A stretch of 64,000 bases of DNA, taken from Acidobacteriota bacterium (lineage in GTDB: Bacteria > Acidobacteriota > Thermoanaerobaculia > Gp7-AA8). The position numbers and the translations under genes are program-made. How positions within the stretch are numbered: the stretch's first letter is position 1; each line of letters starts with the position of its first letter. The notes beneath the pieces were generated by a model. It was not told the DNA's origin and searched no databases. It was given only the letters and a program-made list of their open reading frames with translations. The stretch covers positions 147,874-211,873 of the forward strand of contig JAJPHC010000054.1 in NCBI GenBank assembly GCA_021325515.1. The letters are read 5' to 3'. This document shows positions 37,328 through 46,353 of this stretch, in pieces.

Positions 37328-38438
37328 CGACGATCTGCCGTTTCGAGAGCTCGTCCATGAACAACTGCGGCGGAATGCACCGCTCCTGCGGCAACGCACC
37401 CTTCGAAGTCGTCTGCCCGCGCGCCATCATCAGCGCGACGATCGACGCGGGGAACGCGGTCGTCCGCATCATCGCCGACAATCCGGTCTGCGGATCGAGA
37501 TGATCGATGATGTCGTAGCGGAGCTTCTTCCCGCCGCCTGCGACTTCCACGCGAACGAGCACGGCATCGGGACCATCGTGCGGAAGATTCTTGATCAGCA
37601 GCTCGCCCAGCACGCGGCGCGGCTTCACCTTCGCGCCGTCCACGTCGATCGGATTGCTGGAGCAGAGGCCGAGATCGATCATCGTCTTGAACTTCGAGCA
37701 GTGGCCCGGATAGCGGATCGTCTTGTAATCGAGCTCGCGCACTTTGCCGAGGTAGGTCTCCACGAGAGTGGAGGTTCCGCCTGAGGTCTGAAAGGCCTCC
37801 ATCCGTCCGAACGGCTCCGGAAACTCCAGCAACTCGATCTCCGTCATCGACTCGACCTCGACGACGCGGCCGTCGCGAATGACTCGCGCCGGCTCGATGT
37901 ACTCGTTGATGAGTCCCTCGACCGAGAACACGAGTTGATAGTCGAGCGGCGGCTCAGGGTTCTGCGGCAGGCCGCCGACACGGATGTGCACTTCCTGCGC
38001 ATTCTCGACGCGCTCGATTGCATGCGCGACGAGCACCGCCACCATTCCCGGAGCGAGTCCGCAATCGGGAATGATGTTCAGCCCCGCGGCCTTCGCCTCG
38101 GCGTCGAGCGCCAGCTCCTTGTCCACGACCGTGTTGTTGCCGCCGAGATCACAGAAGTGCGAGCCGGCTTCGATCGCCGCCTTGGCCAGCCGCTCGTTGA
38201 GCCAGTAGTTGACGCAACTGATCGTCGACGCATGGCCGCGCATCAGCTTCACCACCGCGGCCTGATCATCGCAATCGATCTGCGCGGCATCGACTTTTCT
38301 TCCGACACGCGAAGCGACGCGCTCCGCCGCATGAAGACTCATGTCGGCCACGGTGATTTTCTCGACGTCACTCTGCTGCGCGAGATCGTAAACAGCGCCG
38401 AGGCCCATGCGGCCGGCACCAAGGACAAGGATGTTCAT
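37308..38438 (-). CDS. saccharopine dehydrogenase family NAD(P)-dependent oxidoreductase
   Basis: N-terminal Rossmann motif ILVLGAGRMG. Overall similarity to the saccharopine/carboxynorspermidine dehydrogenase family. Confidence 0.75.
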   Translation of the reverse strand: MNILVLGAGRMGLGAVYDLAQQSDVEKITVADMSLHAAERVASRVGRKVDAAQIDCDDQAAVVKLMRGHASTISCVNYWLNERLAKAAIEAGSHFCDLGGNNTVVDKELALDAEAKAAGLNIIPDCGLAPGMVAVLVAHAIERVENAQEVHIRVGGLPQNPEPPLDYQLVFSVEGLINEYIEPARVIRDGRVVEVESMTEIELLEFPEPFGRMEAFQTSGGTSTLVETYLGKVRELDYKTIRYPGHCSKFKTMIDLGLCSSNPIDVDGAKVKPRRVLGELLIKNLPHDGPDAVLVRVEVAGGGKKLRYDIIDHLDPQTGLSAMMRTTAFPASIVALMMARGQTTSKGALPQERCIPPQLFMDELSKRQIVVSETWV

Positions 38439-38451
38439 GAAAGCTCCAGAT

Positions 38452-38538
38452 TAACGATGAACGATGAACGATGAACGATGAACATGGGACCGCGGAGCGG
38501 TTCACCGTTCATCGTTCATCGTTCATCGTTCATCGTTA
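38452..38538. repeat. heptamer-tandem inverted-repeat hairpin element, copy 2 (GATGAAC x4 - loop - GTTCATC x4, near perfect)
   Basis: Read directly: aacgatgaacgatgaacgatgaacgatgaac-atgggaccgcggagcggttcacc-gttcatcgttcatcgttcatcgttcatcgtt. Intergenic between two minus-strand genes. Confidence 0.7.
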
Positions 38539-38913
38539 CTTCAAGTATTGTTCGATCGAGCTGATGAACGTCTTCACGTCGATCGGCTTGGAGATGTATC
38601 CGTCGCAGCCGGCTTCGAGGAAGCGGTCTTTGTCGCCGCGCATCGCGTGCGCGGTCAGCGCGAGGATCGGAATGCGCGAGGTGCGGTCGTTCGATTTCAT
38701 GCGGCGAACGACGCTCAGCCCGTCCATCCCCGGCAGGTGGATGTCCATGAGGATCAGATCGAAGGATGCGAGATCGTCGTCGTTGCTCGTGATGGCCAGC
38801 GCCTCTTCGCCGCTCGTGGCTTTCACGATGTCGTATCCGCCCTCTTCGAGCAGGTACTCGACGAGCTGCATGTTCATGTCGTTGTCTTCGACGACCAGGA
38901 TTTTTGCGCTCAT
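38536..38913 (-). CDS. single-domain response regulator (CheY-like receiver)
   Basis: KILVVEDNDMN...DLILMDIHLPGMDG...LTAHAM..D...GCDGYISKP. Confidence 0.85.
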   Translation of the reverse strand: MSAKILVVEDNDMNMQLVEYLLEEGGYDIVKATSGEEALAITSNDDDLASFDLILMDIHLPGMDGLSVVRRMKSNDRTSRIPILALTAHAMRGDKDRFLEAGCDGYISKPIDVKTFISSIEQYLK

Positions 38914-38937
38914 GCGGGAGTGATCTCAGTGTATCAG

Positions 38938-39900
38938 CTACGACGGATTTTTCGGACTCTCCTTCGCCGCCTTCGCACCGAAGAAGGAAGGATCGAGATA
39001 AATATCAGCGGCCTTCTTGATGCGGTCGACCGTTGCCCGCGCGACGTCCTGCCGCCCTTCCGCTTCGAGCTGCGGCCGCGCTTCCTCGAACGTCGGAGTC
39101 TTGCGCGCGCCGACTTTGAAAATGTGAATTCCGTACGGCGTCTTCAACGGGCCGCTGATCTCTCCCGGCTTCATCGAGAAGACGAGATCCGCAACGTCGG
39201 GCGGGAGCGCCTGGCGTCCGACTGCGCCGATGTTGCCGCCCTGCCGCGCGGTCGCAACATCATCCGAGATCGCCTGCGCGACGAGCTCGAAGTCCTGGCC
39301 CGCGCGGATCTGGGCCTCGATCTCCCGCGCCTTCTTCATCGCGTCATCGAATGACAACGGCTTCGTTCCCGGCCGCGAGGGAACCTGCCCTCCCTGATAC
39401 GCGATGAGAATGTGCTTGAGCTCGACCGACTCCAGACCTTTCTTCTGCTGTTCGTACTCGGAACGGAGCGCGGCTTCATTCGGCTTGGTCAGCTTGTTGA
39501 GCGCGCTCATCGCCAACTGGTTCGTCGCTTCCGCCTGAAGCCGCATCGTCGCTTCAGGATCGCGATCGAGTCCCATCTTCCGGCCTTCCTGAGCGAGCGC
39601 GACGACACTCGCGATCTGATCGGCGATCATCCGCCGCCCCTCGGCGCTCGCCGTCATCTGCTGCACGTTCTCCGGCATTCCGGAGACATACGTCTGGAAC
39701 TGGCGATCCGTAACCGGCTCACCGTTCACGCGCATGACGACTTTTCCCGGCGCGGCAGGCGCGCCTGCTGCTGCCGCGTCGTCGAGACGGAAAGGCTCGG
39801 ATGGTGTTGGCTTGAAAGTGGGCCGGGCATGTGCGAGTCCGAAACAGACACCACCGACGGCGACGATCGCGACGAATGCGATGAGCAGGTCCTTCTTCAT
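38938..39900 (-). CDS. peptidyl-prolyl cis-trans isomerase, parvulin (PpiC/SurA-like) family, secreted
   Basis: N-terminal TM/signal segment. SurA-like N-domain. PpiC-type domain (..ELKHILIAYQG...). Confidence 0.7.
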   Translation of the reverse strand: MKKDLLIAFVAIVAVGGVCFGLAHARPTFKPTPSEPFRLDDAAAAGAPAAPGKVVMRVNGEPVTDRQFQTYVSGMPENVQQMTASAEGRRMIADQIASVVALAQEGRKMGLDRDPEATMRLQAEATNQLAMSALNKLTKPNEAALRSEYEQQKKGLESVELKHILIAYQGGQVPSRPGTKPLSFDDAMKKAREIEAQIRAGQDFELVAQAISDDVATARQGGNIGAVGRQALPPDVADLVFSMKPGEISGPLKTPYGIHIFKVGARKTPTFEEARPQLEAEGRQDVARATVDRIKKAADIYLDPSFFGAKAAKESPKNPS

Positions 39901-39997
39901 ACGGCGCGAACAATATCAGGCAACTGCCAGCGGGCAACAGGTTACGGGAGTCCGCTCACGCATTGACGCCCTGAAACGCCATGAGTATGCTGCGCGC

Positions 39998-40015
39998 TTG
40001 TGAAACTTTTCACGC
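39998..40015. promoter_or_regulatory. putative Rex operator upstream of nuoG (TTGTGAAACTTTTCACGC)
   Basis: Matches the Rex consensus TTGTGAA-N4-TTCACAA with 2 mismatches in the right half. Lies about 50 bp upstream of the nuoG start. A rex gene is present downstream of nuoN. Confidence 0.5.
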
Positions 40016-40066
40016 GATTTTTGCGTGACGAGTTGCCCGCCGAAACTGCAGTCTGCACAAGCACCT

Positions 40067-41629
40067 ATGGCTAAAGTCACCATCGACGGAATCGAAGTCG
40101 AAGTCCAGGACGGCATCAATTGCATCGAGGCCGCGAAGGCCGCTGATGTCCACGTCCCGCACTTCTGCTACCACCCCTCTCTGACAGTCGTCGGACAGTG
40201 CCGCATGTGCCTCGTCGAAGTCGAGGGCATGCCGAAACTGCAGGCCGGCTGCGCCACCCCTGTGAAGGACGGGATGAAGATCCACGTCTGGAACGAGAAG
40301 GTCGACAAAGCCCGCAAGGGCCAGATGGAGTTCCTCCTCATCAACCACCCGCTGGACTGTCCGATCTGCGACAAGGCCGGCGAGTGCCCGCTGCAGGACT
40401 ACTCCTTCAACTACGGCTCTGTGGAGTCGCGCTACGGCGAAGTGAAGCGCACGTATCCCGGCATGGATCGCACGCCGATCGGCCCGCATGTCGTGCAGAA
40501 CATGAATCGCTGCATCCACTGCACGCGATGCATCCGCTTCACGCAGGAGATCACCGGCACGAGCGAGCTCGCTTTCTTCAAGCGCGGCGCCTCGACGGAA
40601 GTCGGCGTCTTCGCCGGCGTCCCGCTCGACAACTGGATGTCCGCCTGCGTCACCGACATCTGCCCCACCGGCGCACTGACGACGCGCGAATTCCGCTTCG
40701 AATCGCGCGTCTGGAATCTCGATTCCGCGGAATCGGTCTGCAATGGCTGCGATGTCGGCTGCAACATCTTCATCGGCAGCCGCAGCGGCCAGGTCTACCG
40801 CTATCGCCCGCGCGTCAATCCCGAAGTCAACGATCACTGGCTGTGTGATTACGGCCGCTTCTCGCACGAGAAGTACGACACCGATCGCGTCGTCGTTCCG
40901 AAGGTCCGGCAGGACGACTATCTCGGAATCTCGACCTGGGGCGAGGCGCTCGAGGCCATCACCTCCGCCGTGCGCGGCGCGAAGTCGATCGGTGTCATCG
41001 CTTCCGCACAGATGACGAACGAGGAAGCGTGGCTCGCCAAGCAGCTCTTCGTCGATCAGATGAAGGCGAAGGCCACCGTCACCGTCGATCCGATCGGCCC
41101 GATCAAGATGAAGTCGCGCACGGAGTGGCTCGCCGGCGAACAGGCCGGCCCGAACTTCCGCGGCGTCTCCGCAATCCTGGGTGCAGGTCAGGCGACCTCG
41201 CCTGACAAACAGGCGGAGGCGCCTGTCGTACACGACGTGCTCTTCGTTCTCGACGCGCAGTTCAGCGAGCGCGCAAAAGATCCTTCCTACATCGCGCAGC
41301 TTCGCAAGTCGAAGTTCCTCGTCGTCATCTCCTGGGATGCCAATCATCCGCTTGCAGATGCCGCCGACGTCCTCCTCCCCGGCACGATTCATCCGGAGAA
41401 GGAAGGGACATACACGAATCTGCAGAACCGCGTGCAGCGAATCCATCAGGCATTCCCGCCGAAGGGACAGGCGGTCAGCGAGCTCGAGCTCTTCCGCCGG
41501 ATCGGCGCCGCTCTCTATCCGGATGCGGCGGAGTTCCGCAGCGCCGATGCGTATGACGTCTTCGCTTCGCTGCGGCAGTCGATGCCTGCGATGCAGATCT
41601 CCGAAGAAATGTCTGCCGAGGCTGTGTAA
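40067..41629 (+). CDS. nuoG: NADH-quinone oxidoreductase subunit G (short form, about 520 aa)
   Basis: N-terminal 2Fe-2S ferredoxin fold (CYHP..C..C). 4Fe-4S motifs (CPICDKAGECPLQ; CIHCTRCIRF). The start is taken at MAKVTIDGIEV. Confidence 0.85.
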   Translation: MAKVTIDGIEVEVQDGINCIEAAKAADVHVPHFCYHPSLTVVGQCRMCLVEVEGMPKLQAGCATPVKDGMKIHVWNEKVDKARKGQMEFLLINHPLDCPICDKAGECPLQDYSFNYGSVESRYGEVKRTYPGMDRTPIGPHVVQNMNRCIHCTRCIRFTQEITGTSELAFFKRGASTEVGVFAGVPLDNWMSACVTDICPTGALTTREFRFESRVWNLDSAESVCNGCDVGCNIFIGSRSGQVYRYRPRVNPEVNDHWLCDYGRFSHEKYDTDRVVVPKVRQDDYLGISTWGEALEAITSAVRGAKSIGVIASAQMTNEEAWLAKQLFVDQMKAKATVTVDPIGPIKMKSRTEWLAGEQAGPNFRGVSAILGAGQATSPDKQAEAPVVHDVLFVLDAQFSERAKDPSYIAQLRKSKFLVVISWDANHPLADAADVLLPGTIHPEKEGTYTNLQNRVQRIHQAFPPKGQAVSELELFRRIGAALYPDAAEFRSADAYDVFASLRQSMPAMQISEEMSAEAV

Positions 41630-41632
41630 GAG

Positions 41633-42937
41633 ATGGCATTCGACGCAACAGACATCGCACTCTCGCTCCTCAAGATCGTCGTCGTTCTTGCCGCACTGCT
41701 GAATGTCACGCCGATCATGGTCTGGATCGAGCGCCGCGGCAGCGCGCTGATTCAGGATCGTCCGGGACCGAATCGCGTCGGCCCCTTCGGGCTCATTCAG
41801 TCGTTCGCGGACGCGCTGAAGTTCATCCTGAAGGAAGACCTGATCCCGGAGCAGTCGCACAAGTGGCTCTACACCATCGCGCCGATGTTCGGCCTGCTGC
41901 CCGCGCTGACCACGATCTCGGTCATCCCCTGGGGCGAGCCGTTCCGGCTGCCGGATGACATCGCGTACGGCGGCAAGCTGTCGCTCGCGCTGATGATCGC
42001 CGCCGGTGTGATGCTGATGGCCGGTCTGCTCATCGCAGGCTTCGCCGTTCATCCGAAGGAAGGCGTCGGGCGGATGCCGCTCAACCTCACGATTCGGTGG
42101 ATGGTCGCGATCGGTCTCATCCTCGGCGGCTTCGCAGTCGGCGGACTCGTGATCGCGCTTCGCCAGTTCGGCCCGTTCCACCTGCCGGGCGCCGGCCGCA
42201 TCTTCGAACCGATCGTCGCCGATCTCAACATCGGAATCCTGCTGATCTTCGCCCTCGCATCGCTGGGCGTCTACGGCATCGTCACCGCGGGCTGGGCCTC
42301 ATCGAACAAGTACTCGCTCTTCGGCGGTATCCGCGCTTCGGCACAGATGATCTCGTACGAGCTCGCGCTCACACTCGCAGCGGTGAGCACACTGCTCGCC
42401 GCGGGATCGCTGCGGCTGACCGACGTGGTCTGGCAGCAGACCGGTTACTTCTACATCTTCAACACGATCAAGATCCCGGCGTGGAACGTCTTCTCGCCGG
42501 CGATGTGGCTCAGCTTCATCATCTTCACCGTCTCCGCATTCGCAGAGACCAATCGTCTGCCGTTCGACTTCGCCGAAGCGGAAGCGGAGCTCGTCGCCGG
42601 ATACCACACCGAGTATTCGTCGATGAAGTTCGCGCTCTTCTTCATGGCCGAGTACATGTCGATGGCCGCGATCTCCGCCCTCATCGCGACGCTCTATCTC
42701 GGCGGATGGGACATCCCCTACTTCGCGGAAACCGCCACCTGGTGGTCGTCGGTGCTGTCGATGGGCTGCTTCGTGACGAAGGTCGTGGCGCTGCTGCTCG
42801 TCTTCGTCTGGGTGCGCTGGACGATCCCCCGGCTCAAGTACGACATCCTGATGCGCCTTGGCTGGAAGGTGTTCCTGCCGCTGGCGATCGTGAACATCGT
42901 GATCGTTGCATTCTTCGTTGCCAAACACTGGATATGA
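41633..42937 (+). CDS. nuoH: NADH-quinone oxidoreductase subunit H
   Basis: Conserved ...VWIERRGSALIQDRPGPNRVGPFGLIQSFADALK motif region. Multi-TM. Confidence 0.95.
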   Translation: MAFDATDIALSLLKIVVVLAALLNVTPIMVWIERRGSALIQDRPGPNRVGPFGLIQSFADALKFILKEDLIPEQSHKWLYTIAPMFGLLPALTTISVIPWGEPFRLPDDIAYGGKLSLALMIAAGVMLMAGLLIAGFAVHPKEGVGRMPLNLTIRWMVAIGLILGGFAVGGLVIALRQFGPFHLPGAGRIFEPIVADLNIGILLIFALASLGVYGIVTAGWASSNKYSLFGGIRASAQMISYELALTLAAVSTLLAAGSLRLTDVVWQQTGYFYIFNTIKIPAWNVFSPAMWLSFIIFTVSAFAETNRLPFDFAEAEAELVAGYHTEYSSMKFALFFMAEYMSMAAISALIATLYLGGWDIPYFAETATWWSSVLSMGCFVTKVVALLLVFVWVRWTIPRLKYDILMRLGWKVFLPLAIVNIVIVAFFVAKHWI

Positions 42938-43034
42938 GAGATGGTCACGCGGTCGCGCGGTTTCGCGGGCTCGCGGTGGTTCGGTCCACCTGCGCGCCCG
43001 CGGACCCGCGTGACCGCGTAACCCCGTAACCAAC

Positions 43035-43535
43035 ATGTTCGAATTCGCGATCTTCTTCTTCTTCGCCGCCATCGCCGTGATTTTCGCGCTGGTGGTCGTA
43101 CTGCACCGGAATCCGGTGGTAGGAGCGCTGTCCCTCGTGGCGTCGTTCTTCTCGCTGGCGGTGATGTACGTACTGCTCGAGGCGCCGTTTCTCGCAGCGC
43201 TGCAGGTGATCGTTTACGCAGGCGCGATCATGGTCCTCTTTCTCTTCGTGATCATGCTGCTGAATCTGCAGCACCAGGAGGAAGCGCCGACGCGGCCCGT
43301 GCAGCAATTCCTCGGCTACTCGTCGAGCGCCGCCTTCGTTCTCGGGCTCGTCTACTACATCGTCAAGTACGCGGCGTTCACGTCGCTTCCTTCCGGTCCG
43401 TTCAAGACGGACGCGATGCTCATCGGGGCCGACCTCTTCCAGGCGTACGTCTTCCCCTTCGAGATGGTCTCGATCCTTCTGCTGGCGGCGATCGTCGGCG
43501 CGCTGCTGCTCAGCGCACGGAGTGTGGCGCGATGA
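43035..43535 (+). CDS. nuoJ: NADH-quinone oxidoreductase subunit J
   Basis: Typical NuoJ N-terminus ([26 protein letters not shown]) and size. Confidence 0.85.
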   Translation: MFEFAIFFFFAAIAVIFALVVVLHRNPVVGALSLVASFFSLAVMYVLLEAPFLAALQVIVYAGAIMVLFLFVIMLLNLQHQEEAPTRPVQQFLGYSSSAAFVLGLVYYIVKYAAFTSLPSGPFKTDAMLIGADLFQAYVFPFEMVSILLLAAIVGALLLSARSVAR

Positions 43536-43834
43536 TTCCGACTCATTACTTTCTGATTCTGAGCGCGGTTCTCTTCTCCATCGGCGTCTGCGGCGTGCTC
43601 ACGCGGAAGAACGGCATCACGATCTTCATGTCGATCGAGCTGATGGTGAACGCCGTCAATCTCACGTTCCTCGCCTACGCGAGGCAGTTTCATCAGCTCC
43701 ACGGACTGATCTTCGTATTCTTCGTGATGGCGATCGCGGCAGCAGAAGCAGCGGTCGGGCTCGCCATCTTCATCTCTCTCTTCCACCACAAGGAAACGAT
43801 CGATGTGGACGAAGCGAATCTGATGCACTGGTGA
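43532..43834 (+). CDS. nuoK: NADH-quinone oxidoreductase subunit K
   Basis: 100 aa, 3 TM, conserved [16 protein letters not shown]. Overlaps the nuoJ stop (ATGA). Confidence 0.9.
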   Translation: MIPTHYFLILSAVLFSIGVCGVLTRKNGITIFMSIELMVNAVNLTFLAYARQFHQLHGLIFVFFVMAIAAAEAAVGLAIFISLFHHKETIDVDEANLMHW

Positions 43835-43908
43835 GTGGAACGGGCTGAGGGCTCAACACTCAGCACCTGGAACACAGGTCGCATCTTGTAATCGGTGGAG
43901 ACTGCAAG

Positions 43909-44316
43909 ATGCGAAAGACAGAAAAGCTCATTGACTGGCAGGAAAACGAGAGGAAGGACCGCAATCGCAACGGTCTCGATGATCGAATCGAGCCGCCGAT
44001 CCCCGATGTATCGCAGGGCTCGAAACGATTGGCGGAACGGCTTCGCGACGATGGACTGGCCGACCCGGCCGTAACGGCGGGCGACCTCGACGCACGGTGG
44101 GAAGCAGCGCAATTCACCGGCGACGAATCAGCCATCAGCTCGATGCCGACTCCGGAGCCGAATGTGGTCGACGAAATCGGAGCATCGATCGGAATCAACT
44201 ACGCGGCAGATGAAGAGCTGAAGGCCGGCGAGAAGGAACGCGAACGCGACCGGCATCGTTGGGAGCTCGATCCGGCTTCCTCCGAGGATTATCAGGATCG
44301 CAGTAGAGAACGATAG
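43909..44316 (+). CDS. small highly charged hypothetical protein (135 aa) inserted between nuoK and nuoL; atypical composition
   Basis: ORF with E/D/R-rich, low-complexity product and visibly lower third-position GC than flanking nuo genes. May be foreign or non-coding. Confidence 0.3.
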   Translation: MRKTEKLIDWQENERKDRNRNGLDDRIEPPIPDVSQGSKRLAERLRDDGLADPAVTAGDLDARWEAAQFTGDESAISSMPTPEPNVVDEIGASIGINYAADEELKAGEKERERDRHRWELDPASSEDYQDRSRER

Positions 44317-44367
44317 AGAGCGGCTCGGGGAAGACTCCTCGCGCCGTATCAAAAGACGCGAGGAGAT

Positions 44368-44445
44368 CAACGATGGACGATGAACGATGAATGATGAACG
44401 GGGCAGTTCCCTCGTTCGTCGTTCATCGTTCGTCGTTCATCGTCC
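44368..44445. repeat. heptamer-tandem inverted-repeat hairpin element, copy 3 (GATGGAC GATGAAC GATGAAT GATGAAC - loop - inverted)
   Basis: Read directly, immediately upstream of the nuoL start codon (44452). Confidence 0.65.
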
Positions 44446-44451
44446 CCTGCA

Positions 44452-46353
44452 ATGCTGACAAAACTCTGGCTCATCCCCCTGCTACCGTTCATCGGTTTCG
44501 TGCTGAACGGGCTGTTCGGCAAGCGGCTCGGAAAGGCGTTCGTCACCGGTGTTGCGCTGGTGTCGACGTTCGGAGCTGCGGTCGTCGGAACGATGGCTGC
44601 GTTCCAGTATCACGCTCAGTACCCCGAGGGTGAGCGGTACGTCCAGACGGTATTCAACTGGTTCACGTCGGGGAGCATTCATGCCGACGTCGCCTTCCAG
44701 CTCGACCCGCTGTCGATCGTGATGCTGATGGTCGTGACGTGGATCGGCGCGCTCATCCATCTCTACTCCGTCGGCTACATGGCGCACGAAGATGGGTACT
44801 GGCGCTACTTCGCGTACCTCAACCTCTTTCTCTCCGAGATGCTCGTGCTCATCCTCGGCGCGAACTACCTCGTGATGTTCGTCGGCTGGGAAGGCGTCGG
44901 ACTCTGCTCGTATCTCCTCATCGGCTTCTACTACAAGACCGACTACGCGCCGGCCGCCGGCAAGAAGGCGTTCGTCGTCAACCGCATCGGCGACTTCGGT
45001 TTCCTCATCGCAGTCTTCCTGATGTTCGCGTATCTCGGGACGGCGGATTTCGGCCTCGTCTCGCATCGCGCGGCCGCGGGCGTCGACGCGTGGCTCCTCA
45101 CCGCAATCTGTCTGCTGCTCTTCCTCGGCGCGTGCGGTAAGTCGGCGCAGATTCCGTTGTACGTGTGGCTGCCGGACGCGATGGCCGGCCCGACGCCGGT
45201 CTCCGCACTCATCCACGCGGCGACGATGGTCACCGCGGGCGTCTACATGATCGCGCGCAGCAACGCGCTCTACCGGCTTGCACCCGACGCGATGATGGTC
45301 GTCGCAATCGTCGGCTCGGTCACTGCGCTGTTCGCAGCAACCATCGGCATCCGGCAGTGGGACATCAAGAAGGTCCTCGCCTACTCCACCGTCTCGCAGC
45401 TCGGCTTCATGTTCATCGGCGTCGGCGTCGGCGCATTCACCGCCGGCGTGTTCCATCTCGTCACGCACGCCTTCTTCAAGGCCTGTCTCTTCCTCGGCTC
45501 GGGCTCGGTGATTCACGCGATGTCGGGCGAGCAGGACATCCGCAAGATGGGCGGGCTGAGGTCGAAGATCCCCATCACCTACTGGACGTTCCTGATCGCG
45601 ACGATCGCGATCGCAGGCTTCCCGCCGTTCGCAGGCTTCTTCTCGAAAGACGAGATCCTCGGTTCCGCGCTCTCGTCGCCGTATCTCCCGGCCGGCGTCC
45701 GCTACCTCGTGTGGGGCCTCGGCAGCGTCGCCGCGCTCTGCACCGCGTACTACATGTTCCGCCTCGTGTTCCTGACGTTCTTCGGCGACTTCCGTGGAAC
45801 ACACGAACAGGAGCACCACCTCCACGAATCGCCGGCAACGATGACGATTCCGCTGATCGTTCTCGCAACTCTGTCGACGATCGGCGGGTTCGCGCTCGCG
45901 TGGCATCACACGCTGGCGAAGTGGCTCGAGCCGATTTATCCGAAGATCGAAGGCCGCGAGAGCGAGTTCGCGATCGCCAACGAAGTCCCGCTCATGATCG
46001 TCGCCACGATCATCGCGGCGATTGGTACCTGGCTCGCCTACGTCCGCTTCTACAAGCGCGGGCTCGCAGCCGACGAATCGTTCGCGCAGAGCTCTCCCGC
46101 CATCGCACGCGGCATGGAGAACAAGTGGTACGTCGACGAGCTCTATGAAGCGATCATCGTCCGTCCGCTCGAAAAGATCTCTCTCTTCTTCTGGAAGTTC
46201 ATCGACGCGATCATCGACGGCCTCGCGGCCATGCTCGGCTACATCGTGCAGGGCTTCGGGGATCTGATGCGCTTCTTTCAAACCGGCAACGTTCGCAACT
46301 ACGCGCTGATGCTGTTCCTCGGCGTGATCGTCTTCATGTGGGTGATCTCGTGA
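44452..46353 (+). CDS. nuoL: NADH-quinone oxidoreductase subunit L
   Basis: 633 aa. Antiporter-like multi-TM with conserved WLPDAMAGPTPVSALIHAATMVTAGVY. Confidence 0.95.
   Translation: MLTKLWLIPLLPFIGFVLNGLFGKRLGKAFVTGVALVSTFGAAVVGTMAAFQYHAQYPEGERYVQTVFNWFTSGSIHADVAFQLDPLSIVMLMVVTWIGALIHLYSVGYMAHEDGYWRYFAYLNLFLSEMLVLILGANYLVMFVGWEGVGLCSYLLIGFYYKTDYAPAAGKKAFVVNRIGDFGFLIAVFLMFAYLGTADFGLVSHRAAAGVDAWLLTAICLLLFLGACGKSAQIPLYVWLPDAMAGPTPVSALIHAATMVTAGVYMIARSNALYRLAPDAMMVVAIVGSVTALFAATIGIRQWDIKKVLAYSTVSQLGFMFIGVGVGAFTAGVFHLVTHAFFKACLFLGSGSVIHAMSGEQDIRKMGGLRSKIPITYWTFLIATIAIAGFPPFAGFFSKDEILGSALSSPYLPAGVRYLVWGLGSVAALCTAYYMFRLVFLTFFGDFRGTHEQEHHLHESPATMTIPLIVLATLSTIGGFALAWHHTLAKWLEPIYPKIEGRESEFAIANEVPLMIVATIIAAIGTWLAYVRFYKRGLAADESFAQSSPAIARGMENKWYVDELYEAIIVRPLEKISLFFWKFIDAIIDGLAAMLGYIVQGFGDLMRFFQTGNVRNYALMLFLGVIVFMWVIS

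Noticed and set aside
38461-38540. Short ORFs translating to MNDEHGT.../SSFIVHRYF in the track (38471..38923 + and equivalents near 44391)
   Set aside because: These are generated by the heptamer repeat hairpins, and the reading frames are repeat artefacts.
40010-42181. 723-aa minus-strand ORF antisense to nuoG/nuoH
   Set aside because: Shadow ORF of strongly supported nuo genes.
44482-46281. 599-aa minus-strand ORF antisense to nuoL (likewise 47909..49432 antisense to nuoN, 46299..47072 antisense to nuoM, and 54572..56188 antisense to the methyltransferase/oxidoreductase genes)
   Set aside because: All lie opposite motif-supported genes and encode R/E/D/H-rich low-complexity products.
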